The notes under the pieces were generated by a model. The model did no database searches. It worked only from the letters and a program-made list of their open reading frames with translations, and was not told the origin of the DNA. From Candidatus Melainabacteria bacterium (lineage in GTDB: Bacteria > Cyanobacteriota > Vampirovibrionia > Obscuribacterales > JAKAZS01), in contig DAHXLC010000160.1 in assembly GCA_027371815.1 (NCBI GenBank), positions 1 through 44,246 of the forward strand: a stretch of 44,246 nucleotides of DNA, read 5' to 3'. Shown here piece after piece: positions 11,164 through 20,617 of this stretch. Numbering within the stretch: the stretch's first letter is position 1; the number at the start of each line of letters is the position of its first letter. A program made the translations under genes and the position numbers.

Positions 11164-11922
11164 CTAAGGATCCTGTATTTCAACAGTTTCCCCAATGGCT
11201 AAAGGTAAAATTTTTAAATTGAGTCCCTGGCTTTTTACGAGCTTAACCAAATGGGACGGCTGATAGCGAAATGGCACTTGCTGAATTAAGGGATGGTAAT
11301 GCATTGGTATTATAGAAGGAGCTCCAATTTCTGTGGCTATTTGTATGGCTTCACCAGGGTTGGCTACCGCATATTTACCACCAATAGGCAAACAAGCAGC
11401 CTTTACAATTTTACCAGCTAAACTTTCCGCAATAGCACTAGTATATTTGGTATCACCACTATGGTAAAAGCCATTTATATAATAACCATTAACAGGTTTA
11501 CCAGGTGTTCGGGAACGAGTATGCAGGGCAAAAATAGTTTTACCAAGTCGATTTAAAGGATGGTAGGCTGGTATAGCCGTAATTTCATTACCTTCAAAAT
11601 TAACAGTTTCATTATAATCAGCAATTAAATAGTTGTCGCTAGGTATATAACGCTTATATTTGCGCTTCATCCATTTAACAAGATCACCAGATGCTAAAAT
11701 TGGACACATCCAATGCTTATAAAGATTTTTTAACATTAAGGCACCATGATCAAAATGACCATGACTAAACACAATTAAGTCAGCTTTAGCCAAAGAATCA
11801 ATTTTATGAACATATTTTAAATAAGGATCAAAATAAATAATTTTGCCTTTAGTCTCTAATTTAAAACAGCTAAATCCGTAAAATGTTAAATGCAAAAGTT
11901 CAATCTCCAAATCAGTTGTCAA
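11164..11922 (-). CDS. MBL-fold metallo-hydrolase
   Basis: HxHxDH motif in VFSHGHFDHG, plus downstream His/Asp ligands (YHSGDT, IIPMHYH). The TTG start at 11922 is uncertain. Confidence 0.8.
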   Translation of the reverse strand: MTTDLEIELLHLTFYGFSCFKLETKGKIIYFDPYLKYVHKIDSLAKADLIVFSHGHFDHGALMLKNLYKHWMCPILASGDLVKWMKRKYKRYIPSDNYLIADYNETVNFEGNEITAIPAYHPLNRLGKTIFALHTRSRTPGKPVNGYYINGFYHSGDTKYTSAIAESLAGKIVKAACLPIGGKYAVANPGEAIQIATEIGAPSIIPMHYHPLIQQVPFRYQPSHLVKLVKSQGLNLKILPLAIGETVEIQDP

Positions 11923-12026
11923 GCATCGGTAAATTTTATATAATAACTTAAACTAATTAGACAACAATATACGACTATTAAAGTATATTTTAAATATTGG
12001 TAAATTTGAATATTAGTTAAGCTTTA

Positions 12027-13673
12027 ATGCAATTTTATAACAAGGAAGGCATAGTTGTGGTTTTAAAAAAATCTATTTTTTTATTTTTAACAGTAATTTG
12101 GGCTGGTTTTTTCATGACCGCACCAGTAATAGCCAAATCTAATCTTAGTAATTACATGGATTATTTAAAGCCTGATTTAACGAAAAAAACCAATTTAAAT
12201 CAAGCTCAAGATCGACTAATCAAGAAGCAAAAAATTACTAAATCTAAACTTTCGGTAAATAGATATATTGACAATCGTGAAATTGGGATTTTTCTTAATA
12301 CCAACCTTGACGACTTGAAAAAAGTTTATCCCAACAATTCTGAATTTACCAAAACGGTTAAATATATTGCCGGTATTGTTTTAACAATTCCCTGGAATAA
12401 ACTAGAGCCAGAAGAAGCTAATTATGATTTTAGTCAAATTGATGAAGCCATTGACTGGTGTAAACTCCATCAAAAATTGTTAATTCTACAAATTCCCAGT
12501 TCGGGATATAGTTTAACCACTGATTCACAAATCAACTCTTATACACCAGAATGGTTTTACCGCAGTGACGCCAAATTTATTGAATACAAAAATGCCCATA
12601 ACCAGAGTTGTAAAATGCCAGTTCCTTGGGATGATACCTATCTGGCTAAATGGGTTAATTTTATTATGGCCGTCGGTAAAAAATATGATGGCAATCATTA
12701 TTTACACAGTATAAGTATCACGGGTGGTGGTTATGATACCAATACAGCTATTCTTCCCGATAACATTACGGAGCCAACTCGCCAAGAAATTTATACTAAA
12801 TTAAAAACCGATTTTAAATTAAATCAGAAAGTTGCTGTAGATAATTGGAAATATATTTGTGATTTATATGCTAAGGCATTTCCAGAATCATCACTCAATT
12901 TTGGCTTGAATCCACCAATTCCTAGACGTATTGGTGAAGATAGCCTTGATGAAATTAGTAATTATATAATTTTTCGCTATGGCAAAAAAATCTTTTTAAC
13001 CCGACAAAATGTAAATTCTAGTAAAAACACCTTTGATGATTACAGATTGCTTTTAAAATTTCATACTGATACCTATACAGCGCTTCAACTTTCAGATAGT
13101 ATTGATGCTGAGATGTTTCGTAAAATCACCAAATGGGCACTTACTGATGGGGTTAGTATTTTACAAATACCTTATCCTTTGCTTGAAAATCTCACTAATG
13201 ATACCAACTTAAATATGTTTAAAGATTTTCGCAGACGACTCGGTTTTCAGCTGGTTTTCCTTAAAGCCAATTTTCCAAAAGAAATTGATTTTGATGACGA
13301 TATTACTATGGACTTTACTTTTGATAATAATGGTGTAGCTCCAGCCATTAATTATACCAAAGAATTAGATAAACAAATACCGGCAAGCTATAAAATTGAA
13401 ATTACCTTTAAGAACAAAGATAATCAAATCAAAGCAATATCATATCATACACCAAAACCGCCTACCAATAGCTGGAAGTCAGCTGCGCCTATAACCTGGA
13501 GCGAAGATCTTAAAACTACTGGTATCGCTCGTGGATCTTATTCATTATTTTTAAGCCTGATGGATAAGGAAACGGATCAAAAATTAAACTTACTTGATTA
13601 TCATCAGGTTTTACCAAACGCTCAACCAGAAATAAAAAACTCCCTGTTTATTGGTAAAATTATCATTAAGTAA
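12027..13673 (+). CDS. secreted protein, possible clan GH-A TIM-barrel glycosidase-like (function uncertain)
   Basis: Likely true start is GTG 12057, 7 nt after GGAAGG (12044-12049). Signal peptide KKSIFLFLTVIWAGFFMTAPVIA/KS. The segment IPWNKLEPEEANYDFSQIDEAIDWCKLHQKLLILQI resembles GH42/GH5/DUF4832-type proteins. Confidence 0.4.
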   Translation: MQFYNKEGIVVVLKKSIFLFLTVIWAGFFMTAPVIAKSNLSNYMDYLKPDLTKKTNLNQAQDRLIKKQKITKSKLSVNRYIDNREIGIFLNTNLDDLKKVYPNNSEFTKTVKYIAGIVLTIPWNKLEPEEANYDFSQIDEAIDWCKLHQKLLILQIPSSGYSLTTDSQINSYTPEWFYRSDAKFIEYKNAHNQSCKMPVPWDDTYLAKWVNFIMAVGKKYDGNHYLHSISITGGGYDTNTAILPDNITEPTRQEIYTKLKTDFKLNQKVAVDNWKYICDLYAKAFPESSLNFGLNPPIPRRIGEDSLDEISNYIIFRYGKKIFLTRQNVNSSKNTFDDYRLLLKFHTDTYTALQLSDSIDAEMFRKITKWALTDGVSILQIPYPLLENLTNDTNLNMFKDFRRRLGFQLVFLKANFPKEIDFDDDITMDFTFDNNGVAPAINYTKELDKQIPASYKIEITFKNKDNQIKAISYHTPKPPTNSWKSAAPITWSEDLKTTGIARGSYSLFLSLMDKETDQKLNLLDYHQVLPNAQPEIKNSLFIGKIIIK

Positions 13674-13832
13674 AATTTCATGGTGTATAAGAAATACATA
13701 CAATCACCCATAATAATTTACCAGTAAAGTCAATTATGGAATAAATTTTAGATCCAAATATAACTGTCAATATAAATGGATATTATCGATTTGAATTGAT
13801 GATCACAAATAAGTTAATTTGATTATATGATA

Positions 13833-16412
13833 CTACAGTTTAACCAATTCATTTTGTTGAGCCCAAAGTACAAATTTGGTATCAAAACTTGAATTTAAAT
13901 TTTCATGATACGGTAAAACTCTTACGGTAAAACCATGCCGGCCACTTTGATCACATTTAAACGTGCCATTAAATAAAGTTGATTTATCTTTATTTTCCTT
14001 TCCCTGCATAGTTATTACTTTTCCGTCACTAATTTCACCAATTTCATTAAGTAGTCCATAATAAATCTGTACGACAATATCGCTAGGTTTTAAACTGCCA
14101 AGATTAATAGTTACATCAACTTCAATTTCATCACCAACACGGGTATTTGATTTAGCTTTAGTATTAGCTGCTAAAATTCTTATGTCTTTAAAATGTTCGT
14201 CAATAGACTTATTCCAAAGCGCTAGAGCCTTTACTTTCTGCAAATTGTCGTTAAGCATCACTTTACTTGACTTAATTGCTGGCAGGTACATATCCTTATA
14301 ATATTCTTTGAGCATACGGTTAACATTAAAAGTTGGGCATAATGTCAACATTGAAGCTTTCATCTTTGACAACCAGGTTCTGGGTCGATTATTTTTATCA
14401 CGATCATAAAATGCTGGCACAATTTCTTTTTCTAAAAGTTCATATAAAGCATTAGATTCTATTAAATCCTGATAATTGCTATCTGCATAAACTTCACCAC
14501 GACCAATCGCCCAACCTAAGGTTGCCTTATAAGCTTCATCCCACCAACCATCAAGAATACTAAAATTAAGACCACCATTAAAAGTTACTTTCATGCCACT
14601 GGTACCACAGGCTTCTAGAAATCTACGTGGTGTGTTAAGCCACATGTCAACACCTTGAACCAAATATCGCGAGACATTCATATCGTAATCTTCAATAAAA
14701 ACAATACGTTTACGTAAATCTTCATCATGAGTAAAATTAATAATCTGACGAATTAACTCCTTCGCAGGCACATCTTCAGGATGTGCCTTACCAGCAATTA
14801 AAATTTGCACTGGCTTATCTTTATTTAATAAAATTTGCGCTAAGCGTTTAGTATCTTTAAATAAAAGCGTGGCTCGTTTATAAGTAGCAACACGCCTGGC
14901 AAATCCAATCGTTAAAATCTGCGGATCAAGAATTTCATTAGCTTCGGATAATTCACTAGGCATAGCCCCTTTTTCTTCAAGCTGTTGCTTCAAACGATTT
15001 CGCGTAAAATAAACAAGTTTCTGACGCCTGGCCTCATGCACCCGCCAAAGCTCTTCATCAGGAATATCTGCAACTTTCTGCCAGATATTTTGGTCAAAGA
15101 TGTCTTCAGACCAGCGACTACCTAGATACATATCAAATAATTCAGCCATTTCATCAGATATCCAGGATCGAGTATGAATACCATTAGTAACATAAGTTAT
15201 TGGTATTTCATTTATAGGAGTTTTAGGCCAGTTGGCAGCAAATAATTTTGCCGATACTTCTTGATGCAATTTACTTACGGCATTAATTTTACCGGAAAGG
15301 TTAATCGCCAGATTAGCCATACTAAATGACTCGTTCATATCATTTGCATTTATGCGCCCTAAACTTAAAAATTCTTCTTTAGTTAAGTTTAGTTTAATAA
15401 AATATTCTTTTAAGTACTCATCAAGTAAATCAGGGCTGAATTTATCAATACCAGCTGGAACCGCAGTATGAGTTGTAAAAATATGTCCCATTCGCGCTAA
15501 TAGTTTAGCTTCGGTAAAAGTAATTTTATGTTTTTCCATTAACATGGCTATTCGTTCAATAGCCAAAAAGGCAGAGTGCCCTTCATTCATATGAAATACA
15601 CTTGGTTCAATGCCAAGATTCGCTAAGGCTTTCATGCCACCAATACCAAGCATTATTTCTTGCTTAATTCTTATATCAAGGTTGGCTTGATAGAGCGCAT
15701 TGGTAATTACTCTATCCTCGGGGATATTTTGCGATACATTAGTATCCAGTAAGTAAAGCATCACCCGACCAACTTGAGCTTTCCAGATCCGCGCATAAAC
15801 ATCACGCCCTTTCATTTTGACACTTATTACCAGTGGCTTGCCATCTTCTCGTTTTACTTCAATAATCGGTAAATTATAAAAATCATTATTAGGATATTTT
15901 TCCTGTTGCCAGCCATCAATAGTTAAATATTGTTTAAAATAACCTTCTTGATAGGCTAAACCAACAGCTACTAAAGGCAAACCCAACTCAGAGGCGGCTT
16001 TAACATGATCGCCGGATAAAATCCCTAAGCCACCCGAATAAATAGCTAAAGCTTCAGTTATGCCATATTCGGCCGAAAAATAAGCAATAGTATCATTACT
16101 TTGAGCCTTAAAATTCTGACTGAACCAAGTTTGTTTACCTTGCATGTATTCTTGATGTTTGGTGTAAAGCCGGTTTAACTGAGTTAAAAACCCTTCATCT
16201 AAAGCGGCTTGATTAAGTTTTTCCTGAGATAACTTACCTAATAAAGCAACCGGATTATGATTGCTCAACTGCCATAGATCTAAATCCAGCCTGGCAAATA
16301 ATTTAACGATTTCATGATTCCAAGTCCATCGTAAATTATAGGCTAGTTCGCGTAAACCTTCTAACGGAGTGGGTAAAAATGGGGTAACTTCAATTGTAGA
16401 TATGGGTTTCAA
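13833..16412 (-). CDS. glgP: alpha-glucan family phosphorylase (GT35, DUF3417-type N-terminus)
   Basis: TTG start at 16412, 7 nt after AGGAG (16420-16424 on the minus strand). N-terminal LAYNLRWTWNHE...LW...NHNPV, GGLGILSGDH, and the PLP-Lys region EACGTSGMKVTFNGGLNFSILDGWW. Confidence 0.9.
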   Translation of the reverse strand: MKPISTIEVTPFLPTPLEGLRELAYNLRWTWNHEIVKLFARLDLDLWQLSNHNPVALLGKLSQEKLNQAALDEGFLTQLNRLYTKHQEYMQGKQTWFSQNFKAQSNDTIAYFSAEYGITEALAIYSGGLGILSGDHVKAASELGLPLVAVGLAYQEGYFKQYLTIDGWQQEKYPNNDFYNLPIIEVKREDGKPLVISVKMKGRDVYARIWKAQVGRVMLYLLDTNVSQNIPEDRVITNALYQANLDIRIKQEIMLGIGGMKALANLGIEPSVFHMNEGHSAFLAIERIAMLMEKHKITFTEAKLLARMGHIFTTHTAVPAGIDKFSPDLLDEYLKEYFIKLNLTKEEFLSLGRINANDMNESFSMANLAINLSGKINAVSKLHQEVSAKLFAANWPKTPINEIPITYVTNGIHTRSWISDEMAELFDMYLGSRWSEDIFDQNIWQKVADIPDEELWRVHEARRQKLVYFTRNRLKQQLEEKGAMPSELSEANEILDPQILTIGFARRVATYKRATLLFKDTKRLAQILLNKDKPVQILIAGKAHPEDVPAKELIRQIINFTHDEDLRKRIVFIEDYDMNVSRYLVQGVDMWLNTPRRFLEACGTSGMKVTFNGGLNFSILDGWWDEAYKATLGWAIGRGEVYADSNYQDLIESNALYELLEKEIVPAFYDRDKNNRPRTWLSKMKASMLTLCPTFNVNRMLKEYYKDMYLPAIKSSKVMLNDNLQKVKALALWNKSIDEHFKDIRILAANTKAKSNTRVGDEIEVDVTINLGSLKPSDIVVQIYYGLLNEIGEISDGKVITMQGKENKDKSTLFNGTFKCDQSGRHGFTVRVLPYHENLNSSFDTKFVLWAQQNELVKL

Positions 16413-16637
16413 GGTATTACTCCTTAGTTGCAGAATATGATTTAGATAGTGTAAAGAATATAGGTTAACTTGTTATGCTTTATTGTCAAGATGCTAAAAT
16501 ATTTATTAGCAGGCTCGATCTGATTATCGTGAATTATCTTTTGGATTTTCTTAATTAATTTTACAACATCAGTTATAGTTTAGCTGTAAATAAACAAAAA
16601 ACGTTAAGCATAAAAACAATACTATCGTATATACATT

Positions 16638-17120
16638 ATGACTGCACTTAATATAAAAGATTCTGTAACTGATTTTAATTTAATTAGCCTAAATGGTGAA
16701 GAGTATTCATTATTAAAGCTTTTAGCTAAATATGAAGAAGCCTGTTTAGTTTTTTTTAAGGTTACTTGTCCAACCTGTATATTTACTTTACCATACGTAA
16801 ATTCTTTGTTTGAGTATTATCCTGATGCGCCAATATTCGCCATATCGCAAGATAATCAAGCTGATAGCTTAATATTTAAACAAAAATACAACTTAAGTTT
16901 ACCTATATTAATTGATGAAAATCTTAAGGTAAGTGAGCAATTTAAATTAACTAATGTACCTACGACCTTTGAAATTACGGCGGATTATATTATCAAAAAT
17001 ATAATTATTGGCTTTAGTAAAGCAGATTATGAAAAGATCAATATAAATCTCGTTAATTTGACTCGATTACCTAAAATCGAATTGTTTAATGATAAAGTTC
17101 CTGTCTATAAGCCTGGTTGA
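16638..17120 (+). CDS. thioredoxin-fold redoxin (AhpC/TSA-TlpA-like)
   Basis: CxxC in FFKVTCPTCIF in a ~160-aa thioredoxin-like context. Confidence 0.6.
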   Translation: MTALNIKDSVTDFNLISLNGEEYSLLKLLAKYEEACLVFFKVTCPTCIFTLPYVNSLFEYYPDAPIFAISQDNQADSLIFKQKYNLSLPILIDENLKVSEQFKLTNVPTTFEITADYIIKNIIIGFSKADYEKININLVNLTRLPKIELFNDKVPVYKPG

Positions 17121-17173
17121 GGCAGCAAGAAGGTTAACTTTGGATAAGTTATAAAACAGGATTGAGAATGTAG

Positions 17174-17635
17174 ATGATTAAAACCATTTTAGACAAAATA
17201 AATGTATGCCTTATAGCCTTAATTTTTGGTAGTAGTATTGGAGTTTTATTTTCCGTACTTACCAATATTAATATTGCTAAACATAATGGCATAGCTGTCA
17301 AAGTCGCTGCAAATAATAATGCACCAATATTTATTGCTTATAGTAAAATGCTATTAGTTTTAGGTGTGTTATTTTTACTGGTTAGTCTAATTAAACGTAA
17401 ACTGCAGCAAGGTATACAAATAAGTTTACCGATTATCTTGTGTGTAATAGCTATTTTTATTTTTTCGCTTTATATATCTCCACAAATGGATTTATTAAGA
17501 CCAAGCTTAAGCACAAGTAATGATGCTAAAACAATGTTTGAAAATCTCCATAAAATTTCCCAAATAGATTTTGGCCTGGTTATAATTACTAGTTTAATTT
17601 GTTTAATCCAATTACCAACTTCTTGCCAAAGCTAA
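17174..17635 (+). CDS. integral membrane protein, unknown function
   Basis: Four hydrophobic segments in 153 aa. The stop is 3 nt before the next ATG. No motif recognised. Confidence 0.5.
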   Translation: MIKTILDKINVCLIALIFGSSIGVLFSVLTNINIAKHNGIAVKVAANNNAPIFIAYSKMLLVLGVLFLLVSLIKRKLQQGIQISLPIILCVIAIFIFSLYISPQMDLLRPSLSTSNDAKTMFENLHKISQIDFGLVIITSLICLIQLPTSCQS

Positions 17636-17638
17636 TAT

Positions 17639-18934
17639 ATGAAAACATTAAGAACCTATCTTGATCCTATTCATCGCGAAATTATTCTGGATTTAGCTAA
17701 TCCTTATGAAAAACTAATAGCTGATCTTATTGATACTCCAGAATTTCAAAGGTTAAGAAGAATTCATCAGTTGGGTATTACGCATCTAACTTTTCAAGGG
17801 GCAGAGGGATCTAGATTTACCCACAGTCTTGGGGTAATGCAATTAGCTAGGCGGTTTATTAGTATTGTTGAGCATGATTCCCCGTTTATTAAAGAGCAAA
17901 TCCCTTTTATTCTAGCCTCAGCCCTACTTCATGATATTGGGCATGGTCCATTTAGTCATGTAACCGAAAAAATCTTAGGCTTAGATCATGAGGACTGGTC
18001 ATGTAAAATCATTTCAGATGATACCAAAGTGCATGAAGTATTAGATAAGTTTTCTTCTTCAACAAATTTGCCATCAACGATTATTAAAATTCTTAAAAAA
18101 GCTTATTATCCAAAATATGTATCTCAATTGATTTCATCACAAATGGACTTAGATCGATTTGATTATTTACTGCGTGATACATATTTAGCTGGAACTTCAT
18201 ATGGTTTATTTGCACTAGATCGAATTTTACATTCTATGGCCATTGATCAAAAAGAAGATCGAATCTTGATTGTTGGCGAAAAGGGGCAGGTAGCTGTAGA
18301 GGATTACCTGTTTTCACGATATTCAATGTACACGCAAGTTTATTATCATAAAAAAAACTTAGCAGCTAAAGCCTTATTGGCTAGTATTCTAACCAGAGCG
18401 CAATTTCTTATAACGAATAAATTACGCTTAAATTTTTGTGATGAAGCTACACAAAAATGGTTACTTAAAAATAATTTGCAAACTAAAGATTATTTACAGC
18501 TTGATGATATTCAGCTCTTATACCATATTAAACGCTGGACGCAAGAAGAAGACTCAATATTACAAGATCTTTCCTTAAGGTTTATGGATAGGCGCCTACC
18601 GAAAACCGTAAAATTGAATACGCAAATTCCAGATGCGACTTTAATCGAAAATATTAAGGCTATTATGCTTAAACATGGTTATGATCCTGATTATTATTTA
18701 AGGGTTGAAAGTACTGGATTTAAGCCATATGATTATTATCGACCCGAAGCATCAATGCCCCAGACTAATATTATGATTAAAACCAATAGTGGTCTAGTCG
18801 AAGAATTGTCGAAATTATCGAAACCAATTGAAGCTATGGCTCAAGTCGATTTTGCTACTAACTATCTTACTTTCCCTAGTGAATTGAAAGATGTTATAAA
18901 TAATATTCATGAATTAAATAGGTCTTTAACTTAA
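17639..18934 (+). CDS. HD-domain phosphohydrolase (COG1078; SAMHD1/EF1143-like dNTP triphosphohydrolase family)
   Basis: RFTHSLGVMQLA, LLHDIGHGPFSH and QMDLDRFDYLLRDTYLAGTSYG are characteristic of this HD family. Length is 431 aa. Confidence 0.8.
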   Translation: MKTLRTYLDPIHREIILDLANPYEKLIADLIDTPEFQRLRRIHQLGITHLTFQGAEGSRFTHSLGVMQLARRFISIVEHDSPFIKEQIPFILASALLHDIGHGPFSHVTEKILGLDHEDWSCKIISDDTKVHEVLDKFSSSTNLPSTIIKILKKAYYPKYVSQLISSQMDLDRFDYLLRDTYLAGTSYGLFALDRILHSMAIDQKEDRILIVGEKGQVAVEDYLFSRYSMYTQVYYHKKNLAAKALLASILTRAQFLITNKLRLNFCDEATQKWLLKNNLQTKDYLQLDDIQLLYHIKRWTQEEDSILQDLSLRFMDRRLPKTVKLNTQIPDATLIENIKAIMLKHGYDPDYYLRVESTGFKPYDYYRPEASMPQTNIMIKTNSGLVEELSKLSKPIEAMAQVDFATNYLTFPSELKDVINNIHELNRSLT

Positions 18935-18949
18935 ATCAGGAGAATCGTT

Positions 18950-20452
18950 ATGTTTGACAACCTTACCGATAAATTACAAGGAATAATTAAAAACATTCAA
19001 GGAATTGATAAATTAACTCCGGAAAATATGGATGAAGCAATTCGCGAGGTAAGGCGATCTTTAATTGAAGCTGATGTCAGTTTAAAAGTTGTCAAAATTT
19101 TTATTTCCCAAATTCGTCAAAAGGCATTGGATTCCCAGGTGTTAACTGGTGTTACTCCTTCCCAACAATTTATTAAAATAGTCAATGATGAATTAATTCA
19201 AATTTTAGGTGGGGCTAATGTACCCCTTGACTTAAGTGCTAAGCCATCGATTATCATGCTTTTAGGCTTACAGGGAGCTGGCAAAACAACGGCTTGTGCT
19301 AAATTAGCACTTAAATTAAAAGGCCAAAATTTAAAACCGCTTATGGTTGCCTGTGACGTTAAACGACCAGCAGCTATTGAACAGTTAATTACTTTAGGCA
19401 AGCAAATTGAGGTTCCAGTATATAGTGATATTAACAATGATGATATTCAAGAAATTTGTAAAAGTGCCTTAGCTAAGGCTTATGCAGAAAATTTAAGTCC
19501 AGTCATTATTGATACAGCTGGTCGTCTGCAAATTGATACCGAACTTATGGCTCAACTGCTTATTTTAGATCGATTTTTAGAACCAGCTGAAAAAATCCTG
19601 GTTATTGATGCAATGACCGGACAAGAAGCTGTTAATATTGCTGAAACCTTTAATACCCAGCTTGATGTAAGTGGTATTATTTTAACTAAAATTGATGGCG
19701 ATGCTCGTGGTGGAGCAGCCTTATCGGTTCGTGAAGCTGTCGGCAAACCGATAAAATACATTGGCACTGGTGAAAAATTAGCCGATTTGGAAGAATTCTA
19801 TCCCGAGCGAATGGCTAGCCGAATTTTAGGTATGGGTGATATTGTAACGCTTGTTGAAAAGGCTCAGGCTTCTATTGATGAAAAACAGGCTGAAAATATT
19901 GCTAATAAAATATTAACCGGGGACTTTTCTTTAGAAATATTTTTACAAGCTCAAAGTATGCTTAAAAAAATGGGTTCGATGAAAGACATTATGAAACTTA
20001 TGGGTATTGGCAGTATGTTTGGAATTAATACCAATCAACAAGAGCTTATTGCCACACATGGTGAAGCAATGATTAAGCTTTATCAAACGGCGTATAATTC
20101 GATGAATAAAAAAGAACGTGTTGATCCTTCCCTTGTTAATGTTGAACGCAGAATGCGAATAGCTACTGGAGCTGGTTTAAAAGAAACAGATATTAAACGT
20201 ATGTTGGATGAATTTAATCAAATGAAATCTATGTTTAGTCAGTTTCGTAAAATGTTTGGCATGATGGGTGGTGATATGGGCAAAATGTTTAGTAATGGTC
20301 GAATGCCTACTGAAGATACCATTAAAGATGTGGTTAACAATTTAAGTCGTAATCCCGGAAAATTAAATCCTAAACCACCAAAAACGCCAAGCCCTGATTT
20401 TCCTTTTAGCATGCAGGGTGGTAATGTCTACAAGAAGAAGAAAAAGCCCTAA
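18950..20452 (+). CDS. ffh: signal recognition particle protein Ffh
   Basis: SD AGGAG at 18938-18942. G-domain motifs GLQGAGKTT, DTAGR and TKIDGDARGG. Met-rich M domain, plus a ~65-aa C-terminal extension ending KKKKKP. Confidence 0.95.
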   Translation: MFDNLTDKLQGIIKNIQGIDKLTPENMDEAIREVRRSLIEADVSLKVVKIFISQIRQKALDSQVLTGVTPSQQFIKIVNDELIQILGGANVPLDLSAKPSIIMLLGLQGAGKTTACAKLALKLKGQNLKPLMVACDVKRPAAIEQLITLGKQIEVPVYSDINNDDIQEICKSALAKAYAENLSPVIIDTAGRLQIDTELMAQLLILDRFLEPAEKILVIDAMTGQEAVNIAETFNTQLDVSGIILTKIDGDARGGAALSVREAVGKPIKYIGTGEKLADLEEFYPERMASRILGMGDIVTLVEKAQASIDEKQAENIANKILTGDFSLEIFLQAQSMLKKMGSMKDIMKLMGIGSMFGINTNQQELIATHGEAMIKLYQTAYNSMNKKERVDPSLVNVERRMRIATGAGLKETDIKRMLDEFNQMKSMFSQFRKMFGMMGGDMGKMFSNGRMPTEDTIKDVVNNLSRNPGKLNPKPPKTPSPDFPFSMQGGNVYKKKKKP

Positions 20453-20510
20453 TTCTAATACTCAAATTGTTCTTAACGGCAATACCCAGGTTAATTTAAC
20501 AACTTATAAG

Positions 20511-20540
20511 GCTCTACTAGTAATTAGAGCTTATTTACTT
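20511..20540 (+). terminator. weak intrinsic-terminator-like hairpin after ffh
   Basis: GCTCTA (20511-20516), an 8-nt loop, TAGAGC (20525-20530), then TTATTTACTT. The stem is short, so support is weak. Confidence 0.3.
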
Positions 20541-20617
20541 ATGACCCATTTAGCCATATTACAATTATTACTGATTACAACTACCAATCATCTAAAACAA
20601 CAACCACTAACAGTGCT

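Noticed and set aside
17639-18934. HD dNTPase-like gene considered as a stand-alone anti-phage dNTP-depletion system
   Set aside because: It lies in a housekeeping context directly upstream of ffh, with no neighbouring defence or mobile genes. COG1078 HD proteins are widespread core genes.
19198-19767. Antisense ORFs (79 and 71 aa) within the ffh G-domain
   Set aside because: These are shadow ORFs opposite a highly conserved CDS.
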